From contig JASCQW010000027.1 in the NCBI GenBank assembly GCA_030264375.1, positions 80,674,182 to 80,738,181 on the forward strand: DNA of 64,000 bases. Direction: 5' to 3'. Shown piece after piece: positions 1 through 13,399 of the stretch; the stretch's first letter is position 1, and the number at the start of each line of letters is the position of its first letter. A program made the position numbers and the translations under genes. The notes under the pieces are model-generated. The model made no database searches. It saw nothing but the letters and a program-made list of their open reading frames with translations, and was not told the DNA's origin. This stretch comes from Carcharhinus longimanus (Eukaryota).

Positions 1-771
1 ATTTTTCTGACCCCCTGAAGCTTCAATTGTCTTTGAGCCCCTCTGGCATAGCCATCACTACTTTCTGTTTCTGTTTTTGGAAACCAGTTGTGATTTGTGC
101 CAGGTTCCTGCTATTCCTGAGAGTCTTCTACTGCCAGGAGCAGGGAGAATTGGGCTTAAATCCAACAGACCGTATTTAAATATGCTAAACTGATCATGTT
201 CTTACTGTGCATGGGAAATTCTCCCTGGCACTAAATGCACTACAATCCCTGCCCCATGAGTGTCCGATTGCACACAACCCCAACATGATCTGTGCCTGAG
301 TGAGCGGGGCCAGAGAATCACATCCAAGAGATTTGTAGCATTTGAGTGATCGTTATTTAAAGGAGCTAAGGAGTAATAATTATTGCATTTATATGGAATA
401 ATAAATATCAAAATAGAATGCATGAAGTTTCCTGTTAACGAATGCCAAAAAACAACATTGGAGAAGGAAAAAGAATCATTTAACAAAATCACCAAATCGA
501 GGCAAAGCTGCAAGCCACAAGGTTAATCTGTCTCATTGTGCATCACAAAAGATAAGTGGAAAATGATCTTGCGTAGATCATGACTCCACACTTGCAATAT
601 CCAGGCTGCTTCCATCATCCATTGGCCCTAATGCAGAGCATCAATTACAGTATTGTTGTGAAATGGAAAAGTTGTTCTCCCTACATGTTACAATACAGAG
701 CAAGAGATGTCAGGATACTTTGCTGTTACACTCAGTCACGATTTGGGATGAGATGGATTTTCTTTCACAAA

Positions 772-1732
772 GGGCATGATTTTACCATTTGGAGTCTACG
801 GGCTGGATCTGGACATAATACAGATCCGAGCCTGGAATCCTCTTTGCAGTGTGCCCATATGCTTTTTGCCGGCTCCAGTCCAATCCGCGCTGTGGGTGGG
901 GCTTAGCGCTGCCAGAATGTTCAGAGCTCTTTATTACGCATGCGCAGTTTGAAAAAAAATTTGAAAAAGCGGACCTGGGCGGGAAAGATGAAAAAGCAGA
1001 CAGAGCGGCTCTCTGACACAGATCATCCTCTGGGTGAGTGGGTGTGTGTGTGTGGGGGGGGTGGGCGGTGGAGGCTGCACGTCCACTGTGGGAGGAGGGA
1101 CTCGTTCCTCTGGTGGGGAGGAGGGGTCGCCCTCAGAGTGGCAGCGGACACCCCTGCCCCTCTTCCTCCCCATCGGTCGCCTGCAGAATGGTAGCAGACC
1201 CACCTACTCCCCCCACCAGAGATCCATCCACCGCACCCCCCACCACTATCAGTGAGCAATTGGGCCTCCCCTCCGCACCACCAGACAACGATCAGTCCTC
1301 TCGCCCCATCATCCAGAGGTACATCTGATTCGCCTCCTCCTCCCCCGCCCTCCCAGAGAATGATCTTGGTCAGAGAGCCATTGCAGGCTCTGAAGCCACT
1401 TCGGAGATTCCCATGCAAAATAAAAAGCAGCTTTGGATTTTTAATTTGCAGGTCGCTTACAGTGCAGATCTGGAATGGAGCAGAAGAAGGTAAAGTGGGA
1501 TTTGGTGGGAGAGTTGGGTGCGCGGTTCATTAAATCGGTTTAAATGCATGCTAATATATTTAAATCATTGGGCCGCCTGATTTGGGCAAGGACCGGATCC
1601 ACATCCGAATCGGGTGTCGGTAAATTCGCGATTTGCTCGGATTCGGGTGCAGATTGCATTAAAAGCCCAACACCCGAATTTACTACGATTTTGCCCCCGG
1701 AAATGGGCGCAAATTGTTGGTAAAATCGGCCC
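772..1732. mobile_element. Non-autonomous DNA transposon (PIF/Harbinger-like MITE)
   Basis: Terminal inverted repeats: GGGCATGATTTTACCA at 772 versus the reverse complement of TGGTAAAATCGGCCC ending at 1732. Flanks AAA/TAA fit a 3-bp TWA-type target with one mismatch. GC/CpG-rich interior, related to 17571-18290. Confidence 0.7.
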
Positions 1733-2309
1733 TAAAGCGTTGCAGATGTGAAAATCAACAACCAGTTAAAACAATTATTACTGGGTTGATTAATGCCTTC
1801 CTTTTTCAAAAAAAAGTTGGTTGAATTGGCAACATTATCGAACAGATAAGTACATCTGGAGAAAATTGTATGCTCTAGGGAACAAGATGATGCTTAGCTT
1901 TTGAGAATGTGGGAAAGCCACAGAAAGAAACAAACTTGGATGGGAAATGTTAGATGTGGGAGATCATTTTATGACATCACAGTCCTGGTGGTGTGTAACG
2001 TGCAGCTGGAAGTGCATGCTTAACAAAAGTAACCGTGTAAACTCTGATAAGTATATTTGAATTTTGTATATCTTTGTGGAAGCACCAGAAGCCTTGTAGA
2101 TTTTTCTTAAGATTAAGTGTTTTGAGTCAAGTCTAAGATAGTGAGAAAATTTGAAATAAAATTTTTCCAATGGGTTAGATTGTCAATTTTAAGTTGGTGA
2201 ATAAACTAATTTTATCTCAATCGAAGCCTAATTCATGCTGAGAAAATATTACAGGGTTGAAACCATGCTCTGCAATAGACCAAAATAGCAGATCTTTGAA
2301 AAGAGATCA

Positions 2310-2503
2310 AGAAAGGAGACAGAATTACGTAAGTATAGAAATTCTTCATGACCTCTGAATGCCTCAAAGCATTTTACAGCTAGCAAAGTGTTTGGGATGT
2401 GCAGTTACTTTATAATGCAGGCAATGTAGCAGCCAGTTTGTGTGCAGTGAACTCGCACGAGCAGCAATGTGAAAATGATCAGATTATATGTTTTCTGTGA
2501 TGC
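2310..2503 (-). mobile_element. Deu-domain SINE (SacSINE1/AmnSINE1-like), 3' fragment
   Basis: Reverse complement aligns by eye with 10920-11098 and 38500-38670 (CATTGCTG..TG.GAGT..CTG..CACAAA.TGGCTGC ... CTGTAAA..GCTTTG). Confidence 0.65.
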
Positions 2504-4104
2504 CATAAAAACTCATCTGGTTTGCTCGTGTATTATAGGAAAGGATATTTTACAATCTAATCAGGTTTGGCTTTTCTGTGACTACAGACCCACGAGGCAA
2601 TGTGGTAGCTTTTTTGCTCTATGAAATGGGCTTGCACACCATTCAATTATACCAAAGTTGTCATGATAGCCTGCAACCATTGAAGAAGATGGTTCAACAC
2701 CACCTTCCCAATCGGTAAGACTTTGCCAGATGATTGAATTGGATGATCAGCCACGATTGTGATGAATGGCAGAGTAGGCTCGCAAGGTTGAATGGCCTTC
2801 CCCTGCTCCTATCTTCACTGTTTCTATGCACGCATCCTGTGGATGTTTAAATAAATCTCATCTGAGTCTAACAGGGCACTGAGGTCACACACCTCTGGTT
2901 CAACCTCATGCAGCTGCCAGAGGAATAGAATCAATGGCTTATGTATAGAATTTGTGGCCGGGTCTGAGGATATTGGCTTTGATCTTCTCTATGTTACATA
3001 CTTAATTAAATTATTAACAGGCAAAATAATGTGAGATGAGCAAATGAACACATTCATTACTAATATGGTGCAGTGTGATTTCAATTGGAATGCTTTTGCA
3101 AAAAGTCGACAGAGATAACACAATCAATATTCTTTTGCACATAACTGCTTGATTAAAACAAAAGCATTAGAATGGAGATAATAGCAAAATAATGCAGGCA
3201 CTGGAATAAAGTATATTCTCATATTTGAACTGTTAACTGGTCTGTTTTTTTTCACACTTGCTCTTTACCCGACAGAATGTTTCCATTATTTTCCATTTTG
3301 TTTGATTTAAACAGGATCAAGAAATGTGTACAGGATGAGTAATGACATCAGCTGGGGATTATTGTCTTGATGGGAAGTTGTAAATGGTTTCTGGTTCATC
3401 CTTCCTAAGTTCACATGCAATTTTCTTTGATATGTATGCACTTAGCTAAAACACACAGTGAATCAGAATGCATTGTGTAGAAAGGATGTTAGATAAAAGC
3501 ATGTCTTGATGAGAGTACACATCAAGGTACATTTCTGAGGCTGTGTAGCTGCATACAGCATGAAAATTCATTAGCAGCACGCCAAGTTGAACATAAACCT
3601 TCTGACTTTGCGTTCTGCAGTTAACAGGCAGCGGAAACCTCCAGTCTTGCCTGCAGCTGGCACTCTCCGGTACCACTGCAGTGAATGGAGCTTTGGCTGA
3701 GCACCAAATTCTTCATTCTCACTGGCAGCGGGATGGGAACAGGCTAGACTGGAGAATCCCACGCAAATCCTTGAGTTTGGATTTTCCAGTTTCCTTACTT
3801 TGAAGAGAGTCTCACTATTCCTGTATAAATATCTAATAATGAGAATAAAGTTTGCACCATGGGTTGTACTTCATAGCACCTCATCTGGTGGCCAGGCACA
3901 TAAAATATAAAGGGTGGCAAGCCCACAATCCTCTTACCTACCCTTGACCTGTCTCCCATAATATGGGGTAGGGTGGGGAGGATGGTGATTTGGTAGCCTA
4001 TCTGCCACATGTAAATAAATAATTAGGGGTTAACCGAGCTTGTTAACCAGCCAGTTGTCCCCAATATTATGCTGCCCATATCATAACACAGTTGCCAGTT
4101 GACA

Positions 4105-4672
4105 AATGTACAGATGTATGTACAAACATATGAATTAGGAGCAGGAGTAGACCACTCAGCCCCTTGAGCCTGCTTCACCATTCAATATGATTATGACTGA
4201 TCTGATTGTAACTTCAACCCCACATTCCTGTCTTCCTCTAAAAAACCTTTCACCCCTTTGTTAATCAAGAATCTATCTACCTCTGTCTTAAACATACTCA
4301 AAAACTTTGCTTCCACTGCCTTTTGAGGAAGAGAGTTTCAGAGACTTATGAACCTCTGAGAGAAAAAATATTCTTCTGATCTCTGTCTTAAATGAGCAAC
4401 CCCTATTTTTGAAAAGGTGACCCTTAGTCCTAGATTATTCAACAAGATTATTCAAACAACTACTCCACATTCACCCCGTCAATACCCCTCAGGATCTTAA
4501 AGATTTCAATCAAGTCACCTCTTAGTCTTTCAAATTCTAGTGGATACAAACCTAATCTCTCTAATCTTTCCTCATAAAACAACCCGCCTATCCCAGGCAT
4601 TAGTCTGGTAAATCTTCTCTGAACTACTTCTAACTTATTTACATTTTTTTCAAATACTGAGACCAATATTGT
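4105..4672 (-). mobile_element. CR1-clade LINE 3' fragment
   Basis: ORF 4460-4666 encodes LEVVQRRFTRLMPG..YEERLERLGLYPLE..RLRGDLIEIFKILRG, the CR1 ORF2 C-terminus, followed by a 3' UTR. Confidence 0.9.
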
Positions 4673-5852
4673 GCTGTTGGGGGTGGGCAGCTTCTTCTTT
4701 CAGAAAGGTTTGTAAAAGGGCAGGAAGAAAGTGGGGTGTACCATCCTCAGAGGGGTGCTCTTTACATGTAGTGGCAACCGAATTGCAACACCTCCACCAC
4801 CAAAATAATACAATTTCTTTTCTTCTCTCTGTCTGCACTGCAAAATCCACACCTGTGGCTACCTCACACCTCCCTCCCTGAGAAGCCTGATCCCTCCCAC
4901 ACTTACCCAGCTGTTTCCACCTGCAGGATACTATTGCTGCAGGTAGGGGACTTTTTCTTTGTCAGTTGATTTCCGATGAACTTTTTAGTCATGGTGGGGT
5001 GCAGTAAGTATGGCATCCTGTAAAATCCAGTCCCTTTATTTTGAATTTGTTTGAAATTGGCCTGTTTACATTGGCATGACACTTCTTTTAATTTTGGCTA
5101 ACTGCAATTTTTTTCTGTAGTAGTTTGGGATTCCTTAAGTTGAACATTTTAGTGTAACAATATTGACATTGAGTCTACAGCATAGACCAAATAGTTAATG
5201 TCAGCCTTCATGCTTCACATGAGCTTCCCCCCACTTATCAGCCATCCTTCTATTCCTTTTCCATCATGCTCATTTGTTTGTTGTCACCATAGCTTTAGTG
5301 AGGTCAGTGGCATCATCTTGCTATTTCTCTGGCTTTCTTCAACTCACTCTCATATCTCAATGTTATTTGCTCATCTATTTTTTCTTCTTCCTTCTCTATT
5401 TTTACTCTCCATTTGTCCTCCAGTTGTTGCCAGGACAAGGCTGCCAGCCTGCACTTGGCCTACATTGAGAGACAGAGTTTAACAACTCTTTTGATTTCTG
5501 AACTACTTTTGATCTAATCCACTCATTCAGCTGATTCTGAGTACTCTCTGCCATACCCACATTTTGGAAGCTGTTATCCTCCTCTCATTCTCTTTCTTTA
5601 GAGTGTAATACTCCACACTAGTGATTATACTAAACTTTTTTTCAGTTTCATGTGAATGCTTTTGGATCTCCAGATGCTACTTAAGTCACCAGTCATGCCC
5701 CTTACTGTAATTAATCTAACCTGAATTTCATGCTTGGAAGTAATTCCCTCATGTGCTTCTCCTTAAATGTAGTAATACCAATCACTTCAACTGTTCCATT
5801 TGGTCGAATAGTTATGATTGCATTGATCATGCAAAATAAGCCAAATTTCTGA

Positions 5853-5919
5853 CTGATTGTAATTATTTTAGTATTGTAGAATCATCTTGGCTGATTGTAA
5901 TTATTTTAGTATTGTAGAA
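5853..5919. repeat. Local tandem duplication (29-bp exact unit, 38-bp period)
   Basis: CTGATTGTAATTATTTTAGTATTGTAGAA at 5853-5881 and 5891-5919. Confidence 0.9.
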
Positions 5920-7624
5920 ATGAGGTGGGAAAGCTATTGAACACAAAAGCACAGACACCAGTGATAACCTTTAAAAATGAAAAGAATTAAATATGTATAA
6001 AAAGAAAGAAAAGAAAAGTTAAATCTTAAACAGACAAGATTAAAGATATATGATTAGAAATCAATTGTCAAAGATAACCCCCAAAATGTTTTAGCAAAGG
6101 TATGCTATAAAATTATTTTCTTTGACAAAATCCATGAAATCGGGGAATATTATCCAATTTGAACAATTGGTCTCACTTAAAACAGAAGTATAATCCATGG
6201 CTTCCGTAGCAAATCCATGCTGAAGTGATTTTTCCAAAATGAGTCTCAAAACAAATTGTTTCTCCCAGCCCAAAATGCAATTGCATTCTTCAATTAAAAA
6301 AACATTCACAGCCTTTCAGCACACTCCAAAAATTAGGAGTTGGCTTTCAGTGGGACTTTTTCCACACAGCAATTAAAACACATTTTCATGAATACCTTTT
6401 CCCCATTTTCATCTTAGTTCTCCATAGTTTCCAAATATCTCTTTGAAAACTTAGATTTCACACATATTAAAACCTTTCATGTTCCTATTATATAATAAAA
6501 TTTTAAATGCCTGATTCTGTTTCATCAAATATCACCTATAAAATGTTCTTTGACACCTTTGAGACTCTTTGAAATTCAACAGCTACTAATAAATTTCAAA
6601 ACTTATCCCAAATGCAAATTTCAGATTTACCCTGTTTACTTGTAATTTAAAACCCACCATCAAGCTTCATTAGAAAATGCAAGAAGAAAACACCTTTAGT
6701 TTTGTATCCCTTCCATAGAAAATCACATTCCAACAACCTAACCTTTGATTAATCTTGGACATGTGCAGACACAGCTTGTCCTTGCCTACATAGAATATGT
6801 ACATAAGCACAGAAATATAAAAATATATGCATATCATCACAGTACGTACACGTTATTAGTTCTCTCGGAGTTAAGAAGTTTTTCCGATCAATTAGTGACT
6901 ATCTTATATTTAAGACCGACAGTTTGTATCTCACTCATAAATGGAAACATTTTCTCCACAGATGTATTACATCAAATGCTTACTCTCTCTTAAAGATTTC
7001 AATCAGATGCCAATTTCTCACTACTGACAATCCCTCAGCTCTCTCTCTTCTGGAGAAAACAGCCCCAGCCTGTTCAGTTTTTCTTGATGCTTAAAGCCCT
7101 CTCAGTTTGATTATCAACCATGTTTATTTTTAAACTCCTTCTCCAATGTTTCTATATTCCTTTTATATATTATGGAGACCCGATATATAAGCTTGTTCCC
7201 ACCAAACCTCTTCAGATGGGTGAATTTTACCCCCCCCCCCTCCACCATTGGCAGGTTTGTAGGCAGTGGGATAGGGAGCAAGGATGACACCCTTTCGCCC
7301 CACACTTGCCCAAATTGAAACCCTTAAATGCCAATTAATTGGGAAGTTTGGGACAAAGTTCAGAAACTTATCTGCCTCAGGCAGGAAGTGAGGTTGGGGT
7401 GCCACCATCAGTGGCCTCCTTTCAAAATGGAGTGCCCCCACCACCCACCCTCCCCCCTCACCCCCATCGATCCCCCCCATACAAAATGTTTGACTGCTGT
7501 GGGTGCTTTCTTCCGCNNNNNNNNNNNNNNNNNNNNNNNNNNNNNNNNNNNNNNNNNNNNNNNNNNACCTCAGGCCTCACCTTGGATCCCCAAAACCTAC
7601 CTGGTCTTGGACTCTTGGGACTTT

Positions 7625-8835
7625 TAATTCTCCCCAAAAAAATTCTAAGTGTCAAATTTGTGTGAAAACTGTTTTTTTTCCAGTGGGAGTTCAGAGAAGG
7701 ATCTCCCACATTCTATACACTGCAGAGGCCACCAGCATAAATATCATTAAATTTCAGGGGCTGGAGAGGCTGAGATCCACATGCTGAATGGGCCACTGTG
7801 CATGTGCCAACTCTCAGTGCCCAGATCGGTGCATGCACAGTGGCCCCGCACTGATGGTCTCCCGAGTGCTGGCCAGCTCGATCGCTGGCCAGTTCCGCGA
7901 CCCCTGCAACCCTAGCTCTCCACCTACCCACAGCCCAATCGCTGATCCATCCCCTGCCCGACCATACACGGGCCCAGCCTCAACCCACCACCTCTCCCAG
8001 CCTGCCACAATCTCTAGTGACCCCTGCCACCAATTTTGCCTGCCCCGATCACTGGCTTTCCTGCTTCCCCCACTGACATCTACACAGAGTGGCAATGGAA
8101 CCACCCCGCACCCCCCCCCCCCCAACCCCCACCCCGACCGATCACTCTCTAGGCCCCACTTCCATATACCCAGCCCCCTTAGCACTGCCAAGGTGCTAGA
8201 GTGCAATACTCTGATGGGATGGGCAATGCNNNNNNNNNNNNNNNNNNNNNNNNNNNNNNNNNNNNNNNNNNNNNNNNNNNNNNNNNNNNNNNNNNNNNNN
8301 NNNNNNNNNNNNNNNNNNNNNNNNNNNNNCCCCGTTGGACCGTTCACCTCCGCAGAGGCCCGGTCCCCAGTTGGCCCCGCTCCCTCTGGCCCCACCCCCT
8401 TGGCACTGCCCAATGCCTGATCGGCAGTACCAAGGTGCCCCCTGGGCATTGCCACTTTGCCCCCTGAGCAGTGCCAGGGAGCCAGGATAGCACTGCAATC
8501 CTCAGGGAGCACCATCCCTTTCCCCTGACATCTGAAGGGGCCTCGATGTCTCCCCTTCACTCCAGTGGGGTCAGGCCTCCGGCACCCTGTTATTGGGGAA
8601 CTCTTGTAAACTGCGCTGGAGAGAAACAGTCTGGCAGAGGGGGAGCTGCTAGCAGGTCAGGAGAGTTCAGTCCTGAGCCTGCTAATTGTATTTACATTCT
8701 ATTGCAATGACCATGTAGATGGTCCTTGTGCCTCCCAGTAAATGCAGCTGGAAATCCAGCATTGGGAGATGCAAGTGGGGCATGTATGCTCATGTGAATC
8801 CCACGAGTCGGCTGGTACGAGAATCTCCTGGCCGC
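7625..8835. mobile_element. GC-rich non-autonomous DNA element (MITE-like)
   Basis: Starts ATTCTCCCCAAAAAAATT and ends near GAGAATCTCC (inverted ends). The interior (GGCACTGCC, CACTCCAGTGGGGTCAG motifs) is shared with 45805-46620. Confidence 0.55.
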
Positions 8836-9140
8836 TGCACTAAAACATTATTGGGAATACAGAGCTATAGGACAGCCCTGTCTGAGATGGGCCTCCTCCT
8901 GACTGAGAGGTCGAAGTCTCATCTCCAGTAAATTAGCACTTGTTGGAGTGTTAGATCACTGAGGAGTAGCCATGTGTTTGATGCCGAATCCTCAGGTAGC
9001 TGGAGGAGAAACTCCACCATCCCAAAACCCTGGACCATTTTTAGGATAACCTCCCTGATTTTCCATTTCTGTTCTTTAGAAATGACCCCCCCAGGGTGAA
9101 GTTTAAAAACAGAAAGTGCCAGCATTTGTAGAGAGAGAAG

Positions 9141-9456
9141 GTGGTGCTCGGTGGCACAGTGGTTAGCATTGCTGCCTCAGTGTCAGGGACTCAGGTTCAA
9201 TTCCAGCCTTGGGTGACTGTCTGTGTGGAATTTGCACATTCTCCCCTTCTCTGCGTGGGTTTCCTCTGGGTGCTCTGGTTTCCTCCCACAAAGATCTGCG
9301 GGTGAGGTTGATTGGCCACGTTAAATTGCTCCTTGCTGTTCAGGGATTAGCGAAGTAAATGCTTCGGATGACAAGGATTGGGCCTGGATGGAATTGTTGT
9401 CGATCCAGGCTCAATGGGCCAAATAGTCTCCTTCTGCACAGTAGAGATTTTATGAT
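9141..9456 (+). mobile_element. HE1-type V-SINE
   Basis: tRNA-like head (GGTGGCACAGTGG A box, GGTTCAATTCC B box), V-domain GGGTTTCCTCTGGGTGCTCTGGTTTCCTCCCACA, CR1-like tail ...CCTTCTGCACAGTAGAGATTTTATGAT. Confidence 0.9.
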
Positions 9457-10802
9457 AGTTAACCCTTTGAGTCCACCTGATTACTTTAGATCTGAAGTGC
9501 TGGTTTACTTTTCTTATAAATTTATATCTGCATCACCAGTGAATTGTGTAACCATTCATCAAGATTCCATTATTCCTCCACTCCATTGAGATTCTTACCA
9601 TCTAAGCACTATGTGGACTCCTTGTTATTCCTATCAAAATCCACCACATCTTGTTTGCATTAATGTTTATTTGTGAATTATACAAGCATTCGGCAAATTG
9701 GACAGCTTGTGCAAATTAACAATGCTTCAACTATTTTTGGACATATTACTGTTGCATGAGGCACCCTTGTTAATTTATCTTGGCTGGTATGATCCAACCC
9801 CAAACTCGTCAATTAATGTTAGAAAGGTAAGTTTGAATAAAATAGTATGCATATACACCTCGAAATGAATACTCTAATACTTCTTCAGATAGAACATTTT
9901 CCATATTTGTTCCTAGATCTGGCAGCTTAAGTTGTTATTTTCAGAGGAAATAGCACTTTGTTCTGTTGAAGGATTGTCTCCTTCAATTAACTTTCCTCAT
10001 CAGAACATTTAATGATTGAAAGTTGCTGCCCTTCCCATGCCTATTTTCACAGCCTTCTTCTCATGTAGTAAAATGCACAAAATGACTGAGTTAAAAACAT
10101 CCAGCCTGTATCTTCCCCTCAACCCATGGGGCAGGGGCAACTCTCCTTCAAACTCAGGGCTGTTTGGTGCTTTTGACATTGAGATTCACACAGCACTACA
10201 GTTTCTGGACTACAGGATGATAAAGTGATAATCTGTGGTAGCAGATGGCAGTGTTCAGCTGTGCAACAATTTAATGTTTTAAAATTATACAATTAAACAT
10301 AATGACGATCCACAACCAATTGGTTCATCAGGAAATTAGTTTGACCAGATTTTTGATCTCAGCATTTAATAAACTAGGCTTTGCTACATTTGGATTTGTA
10401 GATTAACTTGAGCATCATACACTAAATTGCTGGGCATAGAATAATCATATTGTTAGCAGATGCAGTCCAGTGAAGGCATATAGATCTGTAATGACTTATA
10501 ATATCATGATTTTAAATGTAATTTTAAATCTGATTTCAAAAGCACCAGAAAAATTGGTATGAAAAAACATTAACCATCTGTTGCATACCATGCATGTTGG
10601 GTAAAGTAATCTAACAGTAATGCAAGATAAAACAAGTTTGAGTTTTATTGGCTCCTATTCTGTATCTGTATTATGTAAAAATGGCAAATAATTTACATAA
10701 TTTACCTGACACACCAAAGGATCACCTATCCGCTTAACAGGTTCCGACTGGAAGGCTCTTGTGGATCTTTAGCTTGCTTCTAAAAGTATTTTATTGTTGC
10801 TT

Positions 10803-11098
10803 ATGATGAGGCATTAAACCAAGACCCTGTCAGCCTTTTCAAGGCTGATGACGATCCCACATCATTATTCAAGGATGAGTTCTTCTGGTGTCCAGGCCAA
10901 TATTTCCTCTTTAAACAATAACACCAAAACAGGTAATCCAATCAGTTAATTCATTGCTGTTTGTGGGACTTTGCTGAAGCCAAATTAGTTGCTGCATTTA
11001 CTAAATAACAGCAATGGCTTCACTTCAAAATAATTAATTTGCTGTGGAGTACTTTGGGATGTCTTGGGGCCATGAATTTCAAAGCAAGTTTTTTCTTT
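10803..11098 (+). mobile_element. Deu-domain SINE (SacSINE1/AmnSINE1-like)
   Basis: GATGAGGCATTAAACCAAGACCCTGTC...GATCCCAC...TGGTGTCCAGGCCAATATTT...CATTGCTGTTTGTGGGACTTTGCTG...CACTTCAAAA, as recalled for Deu-SINEs. Homologous to 38300-38670. Confidence 0.75.
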
Positions 11099-11239
11099 AG
11101 CTAATTTCTAACTACCAGCACTTTATAGCTGTCTAAATGGTCCAGGGCCTTACCAATCAGTAGAACAACTGCCATTGTTTTACACCTAACTTTCAACTTT
11201 GAAACTACTGGCACAGAAATGACAGTTTTGGATAGTTTA

Positions 11240-11560
11240 GCCGATCTCTGACCTACCAGTCCTCTTCCAAGTCCTTAAACATACCTTTGTCTCTCAAGTC
11301 CATGTTTATCTTGACTGCAACTCCATGCTTAAATCTGTCTAACTAGAATCCTGCCTTCTTGACAACATCAAAGTCACAAATGACACCTTGGATGACTGTG
11401 ACCATGGAGAGCTATCATTCCTCTTCTCTCTCAACATGTCCACAGTCTTTGCCAAAGTTGCCCACATTTTCCTCCTTCAAAACTTATTCTTCATTGTGGG
11501 ACTGCCCTTGCCTAGTTACATATTTATCTATCTAGTTATTGTCAAAAGATCACCTACATT
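11240..11560 (+). mobile_element. L2-clade LINE RT fragment, highly decayed
   Basis: KVTND..DCDHGELSFLFSLNMSTVFAKVAH resembles the L2 RT segment KVTND..(LLDLSAAFDTVDH). Confidence 0.65.
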
Positions 11561-11825
11561 GGTTACCAGACTAACAAGCCTGAGGTCCAGGCTAATGCTC
11601 TGGGGTCATTGCTTTGAATCCCACCATGGCAGTTAGTGAAAATTAAATTCAGTTATTAAATCTGGAATTAGAAAACTAGTCTTGGCAATACTGTACATGA
11701 AACCATTGTAGATTGCCATAAAAACNNNNNNNNNNNNNNNNNNNNNNNNNNNNNNNNNNNNNNNNNNNNNNNNNNNNNNNNNNNNNNNNNNNNNNNNNNN
11801 NNNNNNNNNNNNNNNNNNNNNNNNN

Positions 11826-11995
11826 ATGGGAGACTGGTTTGCGTGATGCAACTGGGCTTCATTTACAATCCTTTGTAGTTTCTCGCAGGTCTTGGTCAGA
11901 GCAGGAGCTATACCGAGTTGTGATACACCCTTTCTGGATGTTTTCTCTAGCGCATCTGTAAAAATTGATGAGAATTGTAGCAGACATGCTATATT
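11826..11995 (-). mobile_element. Rex1/Babar-like LINE fragment
   Basis: Minus-strand peptide EKLQRIVNEAQ..QTSLP; homologous to 16147-16390. Confidence 0.7.
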
Positions 11996-11999
11996 TCCT

Positions 12000-12192
12000 G
12001 GAGGGCGGTTTGGGGTGCGTACTGTCCCTTTAAGGGTGCAGATCACGTGACCTCTGAGGTAGGGCTCGCTTGGCCCAGGGTGGACCTGGTGAAGCAGTCG
12101 AGGTCCTGACTGTGAGNNNNNNNNNNAATGAATAGTTCCCCAGTGTTCAAGTCAAGAAGCCTAACGTGTGGTTCTTCTTGACTTTACCTCGC
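12000..12192 (+). mobile_element. Solo LTR remnant (Gypsy-like)
   Basis: CCCTTTAAGGGTGCAGATCACGTGACC is shared with the 3' LTR at about 55468-55493. AGTTCCCCAGTGTTCAAGT..AAGCCTA..TGTGGTTCTT is shared, inverted, with 13430-13476. Confidence 0.6.
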
Positions 12193-12199
12193 TAAGTAG

Positions 12200-12950
12200 A
12201 TTCAGGGCAGCATCCAGCTCGTGCAAGCCGACAACGGAATTAAAACCGAAAAAGTGAATGGAAGGAACCGAAACATTCGACTCATCTGGTTTCATTGGGG
12301 GAAAAAAAAATCTTACTTAGCTGGAGGTCGAAATGGCTGCCAATGACTTCCATTGAGTCAACAATGGTGGACAAATATTTACACTCGATTTAGAAACGCA
12401 TATTTCTTCAGAGTCGTACAGTCGTGTACCATGACTGTGATTTTGAGCGAGACAAAAATAGTTCCTCAGCATCCAGAATGTGCTGGTTTTAATTTGCTCC
12501 TTGCCCAATGGTCGCTCCAACCCTCACTCACGGACAAGCTAATGCGAAACAGAGTCAGCATTATACTGCTGGTACCTTTCAGAAATAACCAGGCTAAGTA
12601 AAAAAAAAAGAGTTGAAACAAGGCAGGTTTTAATCCAAAAAAAAGCACAAACCAGATGGGATGCTGCCAGGAAGCTGCGAAGAGAATGAAATCACAGCAC
12701 AGAACGCTCGGTGATTCATAATTTAAAAGGAACTAGTCTAGACTGGGTGGGCAGAGGAGGGGACTGGGAGTTCTTCTGGCTCTGGCTCCCGGTTATTTGG
12801 CGAGGGACGGCGCACCGAACGGGAGGCTGTAGAATGACATTGGGTTAGTGAGCATCGCAGCTATGGAGAGGGGCTGGGTAGGCGGGGGAGGGGGAGGGCA
12901 GTGAGTGGAGGAGGGGGAACGTTGTCCTGACAGCAGAACCGGCTGAGGGA
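12200..12950 (-). promoter_or_regulatory. CpG-retaining unique segment; candidate promoter and first exon of a minus-strand host gene
   Basis: Many intact CpGs in non-repeat DNA. CCACCC and GA-rich boxes and a TTTTAAAT element lie near 12720-12765. TGACTCA abuts ATGG at 12353, which is followed by 12 codons (MEVIGSHFDLQL) and a GTAAGA donor at 12316. Confidence 0.45.
12317..12353 (-). CDS. Candidate first coding exon segment MEVIGSHFDLQL+1 nt; product unrecognised
   Basis: ATGG start, open frame to an A|GTAAGA donor, in-frame stop upstream. No downstream partner exon identified. Confidence 0.3.
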
Positions 12951-13060
12951 TGGACCTNNNNNNNNNNTTATGAGGGAAGAAACTTTTCCCCTTCAAGAGG
13001 GGTTGATACTCAGGGGACGTAGATTGGAAATAAGGGACAGGGGATTTAGAGGGTTATTTT

Positions 13061-13389
13061 AGATTATAGAATCCCTACAGTGCAGGAGGAAGCCATTCGG
13101 CCCATCAAGTCTGCACTGGCTCTCTGACAGAGCAAATTAACCAGGCTCTTTCCCTGTAACCCCACGTTATTAGCGCACCATTTGCCCTTGGAGTACATCA
13201 AGGGGCAATTTAACTTTACCTAATCAACCTAACCTGCACATCTTTAGACTGTGGGAGAAAACCAGAGCACCCAGAGGAAACCCATGCAGACACGGGGAGA
13301 ATGTGCAGACTCCATACAGATGGTGGCCCAAGCAGGGAATCAAACCCAGGTCCCTGGCACTGTGATGCAGCAGTGCCATCTTGCTGCCC
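13061..13389 (-). mobile_element. HE1-type V-SINE
   Basis: Reverse-complement tRNA head, V-domain and ...CTGTAGGGATTCTATAATCT tail. Confidence 0.9.
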
Positions 13390-13399
13390 TGTGTCCATT

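Noticed and set aside
934-1533. Cluster of overlapping Pro/Gly-rich ORFs (also 7788-8560, 17735-18349, 46033-46991)
   Set aside because: Stop-poor GC-rich MITE interiors, open in many frames, with no recognisable domain.
5853-5919. Repeat-spacer-repeat pattern
   Set aside because: Only two units with a 9-bp spacer in eukaryotic DNA; a simple tandem duplication, not CRISPR.
9141-9215. tRNA-like A/B box sequences
   Set aside because: These are SINE heads that continue into V-domains; no complete cloverleaf gene.
10705-10780. Exon-like segment with a CAG|GTAAAT donor (STRAFQSEPVKRIGDPLVCQ)
   Set aside because: The open frame is not phase-compatible with the 12317 donor at the available acceptors.
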